Assembly (NCBI GenBank): GCA_965199715.1
Contig: OZ241322.1
Span: 1,097,226 to 1,161,225 of the forward strand
DNA: 64,000 nt
Reading direction: 5' to 3'
Origin: Vicinamibacteria bacterium
GTDB lineage: Bacteria > Acidobacteriota > Vicinamibacteria > Marinacidobacterales > Marinacidobacteraceae
In this document: positions 15,692 to 25,798 of the stretch, piece after piece
How the letters are laid out: each line of letters opens with the position of its first letter
Position numbering within the stretch: position 1 is the stretch's first letter
Notes under the pieces: generated by a model
The model's input: the letters and a program-made list of their open reading frames with translations, nothing else
What the model was told of the DNA's origin: nothing
Database searches by the model: none
Made by a program: the position numbers and the translations under genes

Positions 15692-17797
15692 ATGAAGACC
15701 CCGCTTCTCGCCCTTCTCCTCGCCGCCGGGTGCGGCGCCGCCCCCGAACCCATGCCGGAAAACCCCCTTCTCGCCGAGAGCGCCCTGCCCTATCGGCTCC
15801 CCCCCTTCGACCTCATCACGGACGACCACTACCTGCCGGCGTTCGAGGAGGGGATGGCCGAGGAGATCGCGCTCATGGAGCGGATCGCGGCCTCGTCCGA
15901 CGATCCGACGTTCGAGAACACGATCGTCCCGATGGAGACCGGCTCGCCGCTGCTGGCGCGGGTCTCGCGGGTGTTCTTCGGGCTTTCCGGAGCGCACACC
16001 AACGACGCGATGAACGCAATCCGCGAGGAGATCTCGCCGAAGCTGGCCGCCCACGCCGACCGCATCCTCCTGAACCCGGATCTCTTCGCGCGGGTCGAGG
16101 CGATCCACGCGGCGCGGGAGTCCAGCGGGCTCGACGCGGAGCAGATCCGGCTGGTGGAGCGGTACCGCCGCAACTTCATCCGCGCCGGCGCGACGCTGTC
16201 CGAGGAGCAGAAGGAGCGGATGCGCGAGATCAACGCCCGGCTCGCGTCGCTCGGGTCCACGTTCACGCGCAACGTGCTGGACGAGGTGAACGCCGCGGCG
16301 GTCGTGGTCGAGGACGAGTCCGAGCTCGCCGGGCTGGACGAGGGAGCGGTGGCGGCCGCGCGGGAGGCGGCGGCCGCCCGCGGCCTCGACGGCCAATTCG
16401 TGATCCCGCTGCTGAACACGAGCGGCCAGCCGGCGCTCGCGAGCCTGACCGACCGGGCGCTGCGCGAGCGCATCATGCGGGCCTCGCTCGGGCGCGGCGG
16501 CAGCGGCGGCGAACACGACAACACCGAGGTCATCACCGAGATCGCCCGGCTGCGGGCCGAGCGCGCCGCGATGCTCGGCTATCCGCACCATGCGGCGTTC
16601 GTGCTCGAGGAGCAGACCGCGGGCGCGGTGGAGGCGGTGCACGAGCGCCTCTCCGCGCTCACCCCGGTGGCGGTCGAGAACGCCCGGCGCGAGGCCGCCG
16701 AACTGGAGCGCGTGGCCCGGGACGGCGGCGAGGACATCCGGGTCGCCGCGTGGGACTGGCAGATCTACACCGAGAAGCTGCGGGCCGAACTCTTCGACTT
16801 CGACGCCTCGGCGCTGCGCCCGTACTTCGAGCTGAACGGCGTGCTGGAGAAGGGAGTCTTCTTCGCCGCGAACCGGCTCTACGGGATGACGTTCGAGGAG
16901 CGCCCCGAACTTCCGGTCTATCAGGAGGACGTGCGCATCTGGGAGGTCTTCGACCACGACGGCTCGGCGCTCGGGCTGTTCATCGGCGACTTCTACGCCC
17001 GCCCGTCGAAGCGCGGCGGCGCGTGGATGAACGCCTACGTGCCGCAGTCGGGCCTGCTCGGGACGAAACCGGTGGTCGGGAACCACCTGAACGTCCCCGA
17101 GCCGCCCGAGGGCGAGCCGACGCTGCTCACGTTCGACGAGGTCATCACCCTGTTCCACGAGTTCGGGCACGCGATCCACGGGCTGTTCTCGGACGTGCGC
17201 TACCCGACGTTCGCCGGAACTTCGGTCCCCAGGGACTTCGTGGAGTTCCCCTCGCAGGTGAACGAGATGTGGGCGACCTGGCCCGAGGTGCTCCAGAACT
17301 ACGCGGTCCACCACGAGACCGGCGAGCCCATCCCCGCCGACCTGCTGGAGCGGGTGCTGTCCAGCCAGACGTTCAACCAGGGGTTCGCGACGACCGAGTA
17401 TCTGGCGGCGACGCTGCTGGACCTCGCGTGGCACGAACTCCAAGCCGACGAGGTTCCCGAGGCCGGGCGGGCGATCGCCTTCGAGGAGGCCGCGCTCGAA
17501 TCGGCGGGGGTCGCGTTCGCCCCGGTTCCGCCCCGCTACCGGAGCACGTACTTCTCCCACATCTGGGGGAGCGGCTACTCGGCGGGCTACTACTCGTACA
17601 TCTGGAGCGAAGTGCTCGACGCCGACACGGTGGAGTGGTTCCGCGAGAACGGCGGCCTGCTGCGCGAGAACGGCGACCACTTCCGGGCGACGCTGCTGTC
17701 GCGCGGCGGCTCGGTCGAGGCGATGCGGCTCTTCCGCGACTTCCGGGGCCGGGACGCCGAGATCGGCCCGCTGCTGAAGCGCCGCGGGCTGGACTGA
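15692..17797 (+). CDS. dcp: M3-family peptidyl-dipeptidase (Dcp/oligopeptidase A-like), lipoprotein signal
   Basis: HEFGHAIH zinc motif, full-length M3 architecture, N-terminal MKTPLLALLLAAGCG. Confidence 0.8.
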   Translation: MKTPLLALLLAAGCGAAPEPMPENPLLAESALPYRLPPFDLITDDHYLPAFEEGMAEEIALMERIAASSDDPTFENTIVPMETGSPLLARVSRVFFGLSGAHTNDAMNAIREEISPKLAAHADRILLNPDLFARVEAIHAARESSGLDAEQIRLVERYRRNFIRAGATLSEEQKERMREINARLASLGSTFTRNVLDEVNAAAVVVEDESELAGLDEGAVAAAREAAAARGLDGQFVIPLLNTSGQPALASLTDRALRERIMRASLGRGGSGGEHDNTEVITEIARLRAERAAMLGYPHHAAFVLEEQTAGAVEAVHERLSALTPVAVENARREAAELERVARDGGEDIRVAAWDWQIYTEKLRAELFDFDASALRPYFELNGVLEKGVFFAANRLYGMTFEERPELPVYQEDVRIWEVFDHDGSALGLFIGDFYARPSKRGGAWMNAYVPQSGLLGTKPVVGNHLNVPEPPEGEPTLLTFDEVITLFHEFGHAIHGLFSDVRYPTFAGTSVPRDFVEFPSQVNEMWATWPEVLQNYAVHHETGEPIPADLLERVLSSQTFNQGFATTEYLAATLLDLAWHELQADEVPEAGRAIAFEEAALESAGVAFAPVPPRYRSTYFSHIWGSGYSAGYYSYIWSEVLDADTVEWFRENGGLLRENGDHFRATLLSRGGSVEAMRLFRDFRGRDAEIGPLLKRRGLD

Positions 17798-17808
17798 GGG
17801 TTCGGGCC

Positions 17809-18858
17809 ATGGATCGCGCCCATGCGGACCGCATCGGCGCCCTCATGGCCCGTCTTCCCTTCGACCTCGATCCGGACATGGAAGCGACCGGCCGTCCGCC
17901 GACGATGGCCGGGTCGCAGTTCCTGACGAATCGAGAACAGGGCGACTGGGCGGAGGAGATCCTCCACGACGCGACCAACGGCCATTCGCCGGACTACGCG
18001 GCGGTCCGGTATGGGCGGGCGGAGTCGCTTCCGGCCGACGATCCCGGTTTCCCCAAGCACTTCGCGGACTACGTCGCCGAACTGAACGCCGTCGGCAAGA
18101 AACCCGACCTGCTCGTCGTTTCCCGGCGAGCCGGCGGCGCGACCGAACCCGCGGAGCGCGCGGTCGCCGGACTCGAAGTCCGCTCCAGCAGCTTTCTCGC
18201 GGACAAGTACGCCCGCTTCATGCGCAGCCGCAACACGGCCGCCGAAGCCGAGTGCCTTCGCCTTCAAGCCATCGTGCTCGGCGATCCCTACGGACCGCTT
18301 CTCCGCGAGAAAGCGCCGGAGACCCACGACCTGCTCTCGCGCGCCACGCGAGGGACGTTTCGGGAGATCACCTTCCGCGCCCGCAACCGGTCCTCGTCGG
18401 CGGCCCTGCGCGAGCTCAGCGAGCACCTCCGGGCGCTGCGGACCGAGATCCGGACCCTACACAAGCGGGACTACCTGAGCATCACGCCGAAGCTGGAGGA
18501 TCTCGTCCTGGTGAACCGTTGGATCCAGCGGTTCGGCGTGCCGCACTACTACGTGCAAGCGTTCTTCGACAGGGCGTTCGTGATCTCGTTCGAAAGCATC
18601 CTGCGCATCGTCGCCCGCCCTGAATGGGAGGGCGAGAAGTTCTCCGTCGAGCGCGACGTCAAGAACCAGCAGAAGACGACGCTCAAGATCGACGTCGGCG
18701 TCGGGCGGGAACTCGTGGGACGCATCGACTTCCCGAGTCACGAGTCGGCGTTGAGAGAGCTCGAGCGCGGACGGCTCCTCTTCTACGTCAGATTCCGCGG
18801 CGGGAGGGGCTATCTCGACGCGGACGCCTTCGAGCAGGAGATCGTCGGTGGGCGTTGA
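17809..18858 (+). CDS. putative Type II restriction endonuclease (unrecognised family) paired with downstream MTase
   Basis: 349-aa ORF whose stop overlaps the MTase start by 11 nt; possible PD-x(n)-ExR core KPDLLVV...GLEVRS; no other family match from sequence. Confidence 0.4.
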   Translation: MDRAHADRIGALMARLPFDLDPDMEATGRPPTMAGSQFLTNREQGDWAEEILHDATNGHSPDYAAVRYGRAESLPADDPGFPKHFADYVAELNAVGKKPDLLVVSRRAGGATEPAERAVAGLEVRSSSFLADKYARFMRSRNTAAEAECLRLQAIVLGDPYGPLLREKAPETHDLLSRATRGTFREITFRARNRSSSAALRELSEHLRALRTEIRTLHKRDYLSITPKLEDLVLVNRWIQRFGVPHYYVQAFFDRAFVISFESILRIVARPEWEGEKFSVERDVKNQQKTTLKIDVGVGRELVGRIDFPSHESALRELERGRLLFYVRFRGGRGYLDADAFEQEIVGGR

Positions 18859-20365
18859 CGCCTCCCGCTACGCGGCGATCGTCGGGGAGGAGCACCGGCG
18901 CAGGTTCGGCCAGTACTTCACTCCGCCCGCCGTCGCCCGGTTCATGGTGGACTGGGCGCTCGGCGGCGGGGCGAAGTCGATCCACGATCCGGGCTTCGGC
19001 CTCGGCGCGTTCCTCGACGCGGCGGACGGGCGGGGGGCGCGCTTTTCGGCGAGCGAGGTGGATCGGCGGGCCGTGCGCTTCTTCCAGGAGTCCTCGCACC
19101 GATGGAACGGCGAGCTTCGGGAGGAGGACTACCTGCTCGTCTGGGGCCGCCGATTCGACGCGATCGTCTGCAATCCGCCGTACCTGCGATTCCAGCGCTT
19201 TCGCGACCGGCACGCCATCCTGGCCGGCTTCCGCAAGAATCTGGGGTTTCGGCTATCCGGATACACGAACTCGGCCTCGGCGTTCCTCGTCAAGTCGCTG
19301 TCGGAACTGACCCCGGGAGGCAGGCTCGCCTACGTGACGCCGCTGGAGTTCCTGAACACCGGCTACGGGATGGGGGTCAAGGAACGGCTCCTCGCGAGCG
19401 GCGCTTCCCTGAGCCTGATCCAGCTCGACTGCGAGAAGGACGTGTTCCCGGACGTCATCACGTCCGTCGGGATCGTGCTGCTGGACACGGGCGCCGCGGC
19501 CGACGCGGTGCGGTTCCATTCGGTGCGATCGCTCGAGGAGCTCGAGGAAACGCTCGGCGGGCCGCCCATCGCTTCCGTCCCGACCGCTGATCTCCGCCCG
19601 GAAGAGCGGTGGATTCCTCACTTCACGGCGCGGTCGATTCGGCCGGACCGCACTCGCGTGGGGTCCATCCTCCAATACGGCCGTTTCACCCGAGGCATCG
19701 CGACCGGCGCCAACGACTTCTTCGTCATGCGACCTTCCCGCGCCCGCGCGCTGTCGCTCGAAGCGGAGGAGACCGCCCGGTGCATCACCAAGAGTCGGCA
19801 AGTCCGCAGCGCGGTCTTCACGAAGCGCGATCTCGCCGCGCTCGCCGACAAGGACGATCCGGTCCTCTTCTTCCGGGCGGGGCCGCGCCCGAGTCCGCCG
19901 GCGGCGACCTACATCGCCCACGGAGAGGAGCGGGGCCTGCATCGCCGCTACCTCCTGCGGCAGCGCCGTCCGTGGTTCAAGAGCGAGACCCGGAATCCGG
20001 CGCCGCTGCTGCTCGGCGTCTTCTCGCGGGGCGACTACAAGGTGGTTCTCAACCGGAGCGGGGCGCTCAACCTGACGTGCTTCCACGGCTTCGTCCCGCG
20101 GCTGCTCGGGCGGAACTACGTGGATCGGTTGTTCCTGTACCTCATCTCCGAGACCGGGCGCGACCTCATGGCCGACCTCGCCCGGCGTTACGGCGATTCG
20201 CTCGTCAAGTACGAGCCGCACGACCTGAACGACGCGCCCGTTCCCGTGCCGGAGGTGCTCGACCAGCTCGGTGCGGACGAAGTGGCCGACGCCGTGGTGC
20301 GCGTCCGCGCCGGAGCGGGCCTGCCCTCGGCCGTCGAGAACCGCTTCCGGGCGCTCGTGGCCTGA
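18848..20365 (+). CDS. gamma-class N6-adenine DNA methyltransferase (TaqI/Eco57I-like)
   Basis: motif X QYFTPPAVARFMVD, motif I HDPGFGLGAFL, motif IV VCNPPYL in gamma order. Confidence 0.8.
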   Translation: MGVDASRYAAIVGEEHRRRFGQYFTPPAVARFMVDWALGGGAKSIHDPGFGLGAFLDAADGRGARFSASEVDRRAVRFFQESSHRWNGELREEDYLLVWGRRFDAIVCNPPYLRFQRFRDRHAILAGFRKNLGFRLSGYTNSASAFLVKSLSELTPGGRLAYVTPLEFLNTGYGMGVKERLLASGASLSLIQLDCEKDVFPDVITSVGIVLLDTGAAADAVRFHSVRSLEELEETLGGPPIASVPTADLRPEERWIPHFTARSIRPDRTRVGSILQYGRFTRGIATGANDFFVMRPSRARALSLEAEETARCITKSRQVRSAVFTKRDLAALADKDDPVLFFRAGPRPSPPAATYIAHGEERGLHRRYLLRQRRPWFKSETRNPAPLLLGVFSRGDYKVVLNRSGALNLTCFHGFVPRLLGRNYVDRLFLYLISETGRDLMADLARRYGDSLVKYEPHDLNDAPVPVPEVLDQLGADEVADAVVRVRAGAGLPSAVENRFRALVA

Positions 20366-20375
20366 GGCCCGCCCG

Positions 20376-21437
20376 TCAGAGGGTCAGCGCGTCGGCCGAC
20401 GGAGGCCCCACGAGGCGGGCGAGGGCCGCGTTGAACGGCCCGGCCTCGAGGAAGTAGTTGGGGTACGCCTCCCGCAGGTCGTTCGCGGACGTCGTCGAGA
20501 CGAGGCAGACCTGAAAGCCGGCGCGGCCCTCGTGCTCCGCTTCCAGCTCGAGGTACCGGGCCTGCGCCTCCTCCAACTGGTGGTTGTGCCATGGGGTCAC
20601 GTCGATCTTCCGGGCGCCCGCGTCGAGCATCATGAGGTACCAGTCGGCGTCCGTCTCGAAGGCGGCGTGGTGGAGCCTTCCCCCCAGCCCGATCAGGATG
20701 TCCCAGACGTTGAGCCGGCGCACCAGGTCCTGAACCTCCTCCCGCAACTCCGGCAGCGCGGCCGGGGTCATGGGCACTGGCGGACGTTCCTCCTCGAGCG
20801 CGAGCACGCTGCCCATGAGGCTGAAGAAGCGGTCCCAGTCCCCGTTGGCGAGCCCGCTGGTCTTGATCGACGTGCCGGCGAGGGCGTCCACCGTCTCGAC
20901 CGCCGTGGCCCATGAATGCTGGTGCTTCGAGCGCGCCTGAATCTCGACGCGCAGGCCGTTCCAGTCCACGTCGTCGGGGTCGGCGTTCCGGTAGCGGAAC
21001 ACGAGATGGACGCTGCGGTATCCAGTGGGCTTGGGTTCGGCGATGTAGTCGTACACGCGGGCCAGGCCGTGCCGGTCCCCGACCTCGCGCAACCGGGCGA
21101 CGAGGCTCTCGGCGGCGGCGGACGAACCGAGGATCGCGCGGCAGCCGCCGAGGTCGTGCATGCGCGACAACTTCATCCGCGGGAACCGCCGCAGCTTCGA
21201 CTCGACGGAAGCGATGCGCTTGAGCCGCTCGGCGATCAGGACTTCCGGGTCGGTATCCCGCGCGCAGTCCTCGAGAAGCCCGCGGATCACGCGGAGCGGA
21301 TGCCCGTGCACGCCCCGCCACTCCTCCACGACCTGCCGCGCCCGCTCCCGATCCGCGTCGCCGGGCGCGGTGACCGCCAGAAGGCGTCCGGCCGCGTCCA
21401 CTTCGCGGCGGCTTCGCGTCGGGCGGCGGTACTCCAT
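20376..21437 (-). CDS. RelA/SpoT-domain protein (small alarmone synthetase-like; candidate fused toxSAS/CapRel-type defense protein)
   Basis: RMKLSRMHDLGGCRAILGS ... YRSVHLVFRY synthetase-fold signature; ~50-aa N-terminal and ~130-aa C-terminal extensions; convergent on the R-M pair; track ORF 20376..22670 merges it with upstream antisense. Confidence 0.65.
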   Translation of the reverse strand: MEYRRPTRSRREVDAAGRLLAVTAPGDADRERARQVVEEWRGVHGHPLRVIRGLLEDCARDTDPEVLIAERLKRIASVESKLRRFPRMKLSRMHDLGGCRAILGSSAAAESLVARLREVGDRHGLARVYDYIAEPKPTGYRSVHLVFRYRNADPDDVDWNGLRVEIQARSKHQHSWATAVETVDALAGTSIKTSGLANGDWDRFFSLMGSVLALEEERPPVPMTPAALPELREEVQDLVRRLNVWDILIGLGGRLHHAAFETDADWYLMMLDAGARKIDVTPWHNHQLEEAQARYLELEAEHEGRAGFQVCLVSTTSANDLREAYPNYFLEAGPFNAALARLVGPPSADALTL

Positions 21438-21448
21438 GACGACTGCGA

Positions 21449-22950
21449 TTATCGCCGCTGCAGCTCCCGGCGCAGTTCCACGCACAGCCCGAACCCGATG
21501 ACCGCTGATCCGACGGCGATCGGCAGGCCGGTCGTCACCGCCGCCGCCTGAAGCGATTCGAGGCTGCCGCCGAGCAGCAGGACGACCGCGATCGCCCCTT
21601 CCGTCAGGCACCAGAAGACGCGCTGCGCGGTCGGGGCGTCCAGCTTGCCGCCGGCGGTGATCGAGTCGATCACGAGCGAACCCGAGTCGGACGAGGTCAC
21701 GAAGAAGATGACCGTCAACAGGATCGCGACGATCGACAGCGCCACCGAGAACGGCAGCGCCTCGAAGAGCCGGAAGAGCGCGAGCTCGGGCCGGGCCTCC
21801 CGCACCGCGTCCGCCGCGCCCGCGTATCCCCCGTCCACGTACTGGTGGAGCGCCGCGCCGCCGAAGACGCTCATCCAGACCACGGCCAGCAACGTCGGCG
21901 CGGCGAGCAGGAACGCGAGCATCTCCCGAACGGTGCGTCCCCGTGAGATGCGGGCGATGAAGATCGCGACCACCGGCGTCCACGCGAACCACCAGGCGAA
22001 ATAGAAGGCGCTCCACTCCTGCAAGAAGGCCGTGTCCGAGCGCCCGACCCAGTTGCTCAGCGGAACCAGGTACGCGGCGTAGGCGACGAGGCTGCGGACG
22101 AACGCGCCGGCGATCGCGGCGGCCGGGCCGAGCGCGACGACGAGAAGCATCAGCCCGACCGCGAGCGTGATGTTCCACTCGCTCAGGCGGCGGACGCCCG
22201 CGTCGAGGCCCGAGAGGACCGAGACGAGCGCGATGAGAGTGACGACCGAGACGATGGCCACGCCGACGACGTCCGTGGCCGGGACTCCGAAGAGGTACTC
22301 GAGCCCGCCCGAGATCTGCCGCGCGCCCAGCCCGAGCGAGGTCGCCAGACCGAAGATCGTCGCGAAGACGGTCACGAAGTCGACGCAGTGGCCCCAAAAG
22401 CCCCAGACCGCGTCGCCCAGCACCGGATGGAACGCGGACCGCAGCGCCAGCGGATACCCACGGTTCCACGCGAAGTACGCGAGGGCGAGCGCCGAAATCC
22501 CGTAGATCGCCCAGCCGTGAACGCCCCAGTGGAAGAGGGTGGCGGCGATCGCGAGTCCCTCCTCGGGCGGGGCGCCGAGCGGCGGGAACAGGAAGTGCTG
22601 CATCGGCTCGGCCACGCCGAAGAACATGAGTCCGATGCCGATGCCGGCGGCGAAGAGCATCGCGCCCCACGTCAGCCGCGAGTACTTCGGTCGTGCGTCC
22701 GGCCCGCCGATCCGGATCCGCCCGAGCGGCGCGACGATCAGGAACAAACAGAACAGCAGCGCGAGGTTGGCGCTGCCGAGGTACAGCCAGTCGAAGCGCG
22801 AGACGAGGAAGGCGTGGACGCTCGCAAACGCGGCCGCCGCCTCGTCCCGGAACACGAGGGCGGCGACGACGAAGACGAGGATCGCCGCCGCCGAGCTGAT
22901 GAAGACCGGCGGGTTGAAGTCCAGCCCGAAGCGGCGGACGTTGCCGCGCC
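21449..22950 (-). CDS. BCCT-family (betaine/carnitine/choline) transporter; start codon unresolved
   Basis: collinear with BetT from NPPVF...LFRD through 12 TM; no ATG/GTG/TTG found between upstream stop (22972) and conserved N-terminus. Confidence 0.75.
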
Positions 22951-22971
22951 CGGGCGCGTGCCGCGCTTCGG

Positions 22972-24588
22972 TCAGGACCGGGCCGTCCGCTGGTGCTGCC
23001 CCACGAACCCGACCACGACGCGACCGCCCTCCTCGCGCTCGAACGCGATGCGGATCGTGTGCCGGGGATTCTTCGCCACGCCCTTGCCGATGTGCTTCCG
23101 CAGCTTCACGGCCTTTCCGTTCACCCGGGTTTCGTACCACGCCGGAGCGCTCCCCATCGTCACTTCCGACTGGTGCGCCGTGTAGGACCAGCCGGGGCAC
23201 GCCTCGCCGATGTCCTGCGCCCCCTCCTGGAATGAGGTCGCGAGCCACGCCAGCGCCTCGAAGACTTCCTGCGGCTTCTCGTACTGCGTGTCCGCGTTGG
23301 ACTTGTTGTTCAACGCGATCACGAGCTGGTCGGGGAACCGGTCGCGGGCGGCCTCGATGGCCTCGCGGACGTTCGTGATCGCGATGGGAAGGTCGTCGGC
23401 TTGCTCGGGCCGCCGGCGTTTCTCCCGCTCGTAGGCGTCCCGCCAGACCGCCTCCTTCCGCCGGGCCTCGGCGACCTCCTCGGTCAGGCGCTTGATCTCC
23501 GCGTCGTTCGCCGACTCGCTGCGGGCGATTTGCTGGCGCAAGGACTCGATCTCCGCCTCGAGGTCGCGATCCGGCTCGGGGGCCTCCTCGACGGCGGGCG
23601 CGGGTTCGGCCTTCTTCGGCTCCTCCCTCGGGGCGGCGGGCGGCGGCGACGCCGCGAGCTCGGTCCATCGGGCGGACATCTTCAGGATGCGCTCCTCGAG
23701 GGCGGTTCGCTGCGCCGCGCGTTCGACCTCTCCCGCGCGGGAGGGGGCCTGGGGCCGGATCCGCCCGTACTCCTCCATGCGCTCCCGCAGTTCCGCCAGG
23801 AACTCCAGCATGCCCCCGCACTCCGAGGGACGGGTCTCGACCACGCGCGGCCACGGATCGGGATCCACGCCGAGATAGCGAAGGTCCGCGTCGAACTCGC
23901 TGCGCAGTCCGGCGCACAGCGCCGCGGCGCGCTCCTTGCCGCGGGCGAGCGCCTCGCGCCGCTTCCGGCCGCGGATGTCCAGCAGCCAGCTCGCGAAGAC
24001 GTCCACGTCGTTCCAGTCGGGAGCGTCCGGATCCAGCCCGTCCAGCGCGTCCTTCCACTCCTCGAACAGATTCGAGGTCAGCGGGGGCGACATCGGGAAG
24101 CGCCCGGCGACCAGGCACAGCATGAGTCCGGCGGCGTCGACCTCGACGGAGTCTTCGGTCCCGGCGAACTCCGCCTGGTGGCGCAGGAAGATTTCGCGCG
24201 GCCAGAACGAGTCGAACTCGCGAAACGACTCCCTGACGGCGACGCCGTTGGCGCGCAGATACGCCGCCGAACGCTCGCGCAGATCCTCCTCCGACTCCGC
24301 CCAGACCGCGAGCACCGCGTTCGCGAGCGTGAACCCGCGGCGATCGATCCGCTCCATCACCGGGCGTAAGAGCGTCTCGGGCTTGCGCACCCGGCTGGCG
24401 TCCCGGTGCCCCTTGACCGGGACGTTGCGCAGCGCCTGCTTCAGCCGCGGATCCGCCTTCTTTCCGTGACGCGCGAGGGCCCGCTTCACGACGGCGCGGC
24501 GCACCTCCTCGCCGACCAGCGGGAAGATGGCCGCGAGCGGGGTAAGGTCGCTTTCCGGGAAGAGCAGCTTCTCCTCGGCGGCGGGCAC
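22972..24588 (-). CDS. hypothetical protein (538 aa) with central Glu/Arg-rich coiled-coil and basic C-terminal domain
   Basis: single long ORF, protein-like; no recognised motif; C-terminus KLRKHIGKGVAKNPRHTIRIAFEREEGGRVVVGFVGQH. Confidence 0.6.
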   Translation of the reverse strand: MPAAEEKLLFPESDLTPLAAIFPLVGEEVRRAVVKRALARHGKKADPRLKQALRNVPVKGHRDASRVRKPETLLRPVMERIDRRGFTLANAVLAVWAESEEDLRERSAAYLRANGVAVRESFREFDSFWPREIFLRHQAEFAGTEDSVEVDAAGLMLCLVAGRFPMSPPLTSNLFEEWKDALDGLDPDAPDWNDVDVFASWLLDIRGRKRREALARGKERAAALCAGLRSEFDADLRYLGVDPDPWPRVVETRPSECGGMLEFLAELRERMEEYGRIRPQAPSRAGEVERAAQRTALEERILKMSARWTELAASPPPAAPREEPKKAEPAPAVEEAPEPDRDLEAEIESLRQQIARSESANDAEIKRLTEEVAEARRKEAVWRDAYEREKRRRPEQADDLPIAITNVREAIEAARDRFPDQLVIALNNKSNADTQYEKPQEVFEALAWLATSFQEGAQDIGEACPGWSYTAHQSEVTMGSAPAWYETRVNGKAVKLRKHIGKGVAKNPRHTIRIAFEREEGGRVVVGFVGQHQRTARS

Positions 24589-24598
24589 GGCGGCGGAC

Positions 24599-25798
24599 CT
24601 ACTGCTCGCGAAGCGCTCCCACGACGCCGCGCCGGGCCGCGCCGATTGCGGGGGCGAGGCCGCCGAAGAATCCGATGACGAGCGCGAGCGTGACGCCCTG
24701 GACCAGCAGCGCCGGGGTGACCCGGAACGCGAACGCGACCTGGCTGAAGGAGGCGAAGTTGATGGTCGCCGCCCGGAAGCCGTCGAAGAGCGCCCACGAG
24801 GCGGCGCCGCCGAGGAGCGCCCCGACCAGCGAGAACGCGAGCGACTCGGTCATCACCGACAGCACCACCGGAATTCGCGCGAACCCGAGCGCGCGCAACG
24901 TCGCGATCTCGCGCGAGCGGCTGGAGACCGCCGCGTACATGGTGTTCAGCGCCGCGAAGATCGCGCCCACGGCCATCATGCTCACGATGAACCAGCCGAG
25001 GACGGTGATGAGCACCTCCATCGGCCGCGACTGCTCGGCGAGGTACTCGGTCTCCGGCTGGACGGCGACGTTGACGCGGGGGTCGTCCTCGAGGAACGTG
25101 CGGAAGCCCTCGTAGGCCTCGGGGTCCGTCAGCCGCACGAGCACCGAATTCGAGGAGTTGCCGCGCTGGTACACGTCGGCGAGGATGCGGTTGTCGGTCC
25201 ATATCTCCGACTCGGAGACGCCGCCCCCGCCGGCGAAATGGCCGACGACCTCCCAGTCCGCCGTTCCCACGTCGATGCGGTCGCCGATGCGCAGGCCCTC
25301 GAACGACTCCACCGCCCCCACGCCGACGATGACCTCGTTGCGCCCCGCCTCGAACATGCGCCCGGCGACCACCTCGACCGAGTCGCGGACTTCCAGCACG
25401 CCCTCGCCCACGCCCCGCAGCGGGACGTTGGCCTGGGTCCCGGTCCCGATCTTCCGCCGGTCGATGACCACGAAGAGCTCGGCGGACGCCGCCGGGCCGG
25501 ACGCGCCGCGCGCCACGCCGGGAGCCTCCTCGACCGCCTGGACCTCCTGCCGGCTGAGGATGCTCATGGACTCGGCGGTCGAGCCGCTGCGAAGCACGAT
25601 CGCGAGGTCGTCGCGCGCCTGCGACTCCGCGACCTGGCGGAACCCGGCCGCCATCGAGAGCACGGCGACGAGCACGCCGACGACGCCGGCGACTCCGAAG
25701 ACCGCGACCGCCGAGGAGGAGCGCCGCTGCCAGATGGTCTGCAGGTTGTAGACGGAGACCGCCCAGCACTGCTTGACGAACGAGGCGATCCGGCGCAT
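24599..25798 (-). CDS. ABC transporter permease, FtsX family (MacB/DevC-like), copy 2
   Basis: N-terminal TM + large periplasmic domain + C-terminal FtsX 3-TM bundle; ATGA overlap with upstream permease. Confidence 0.75.
   Translation of the reverse strand: MRRIASFVKQCWAVSVYNLQTIWQRRSSSAVAVFGVAGVVGVLVAVLSMAAGFRQVAESQARDDLAIVLRSGSTAESMSILSRQEVQAVEEAPGVARGASGPAASAELFVVIDRRKIGTGTQANVPLRGVGEGVLEVRDSVEVVAGRMFEAGRNEVIVGVGAVESFEGLRIGDRIDVGTADWEVVGHFAGGGGVSESEIWTDNRILADVYQRGNSSNSVLVRLTDPEAYEGFRTFLEDDPRVNVAVQPETEYLAEQSRPMEVLITVLGWFIVSMMAVGAIFAALNTMYAAVSSRSREIATLRALGFARIPVVLSVMTESLAFSLVGALLGGAASWALFDGFRAATINFASFSQVAFAFRVTPALLVQGVTLALVIGFFGGLAPAIGAARRGVVGALREQ

Noticed and set aside
13387-15753. 788-aa minus ORF and 745-aa plus alternate-frame ORF over the sulfatase-TPR gene
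   Set aside because: Antisense/alt-frame artefacts; sulfatase frame has signal peptide, catalytic region and TPR repeats
15730-18858. 1042-aa plus ORF spanning dcp and the REase gene
   Set aside because: Read-through frame; 5' two-thirds is an alternate frame of dcp (Arg/Gly-rich), only the last 349 codons (from ATG 17809) are protein-like
20376-22670. 764-aa minus ORF
   Set aside because: Fusion of the real RelA/SpoT-domain gene (20376..21437) with antisense of BCCT; split accordingly
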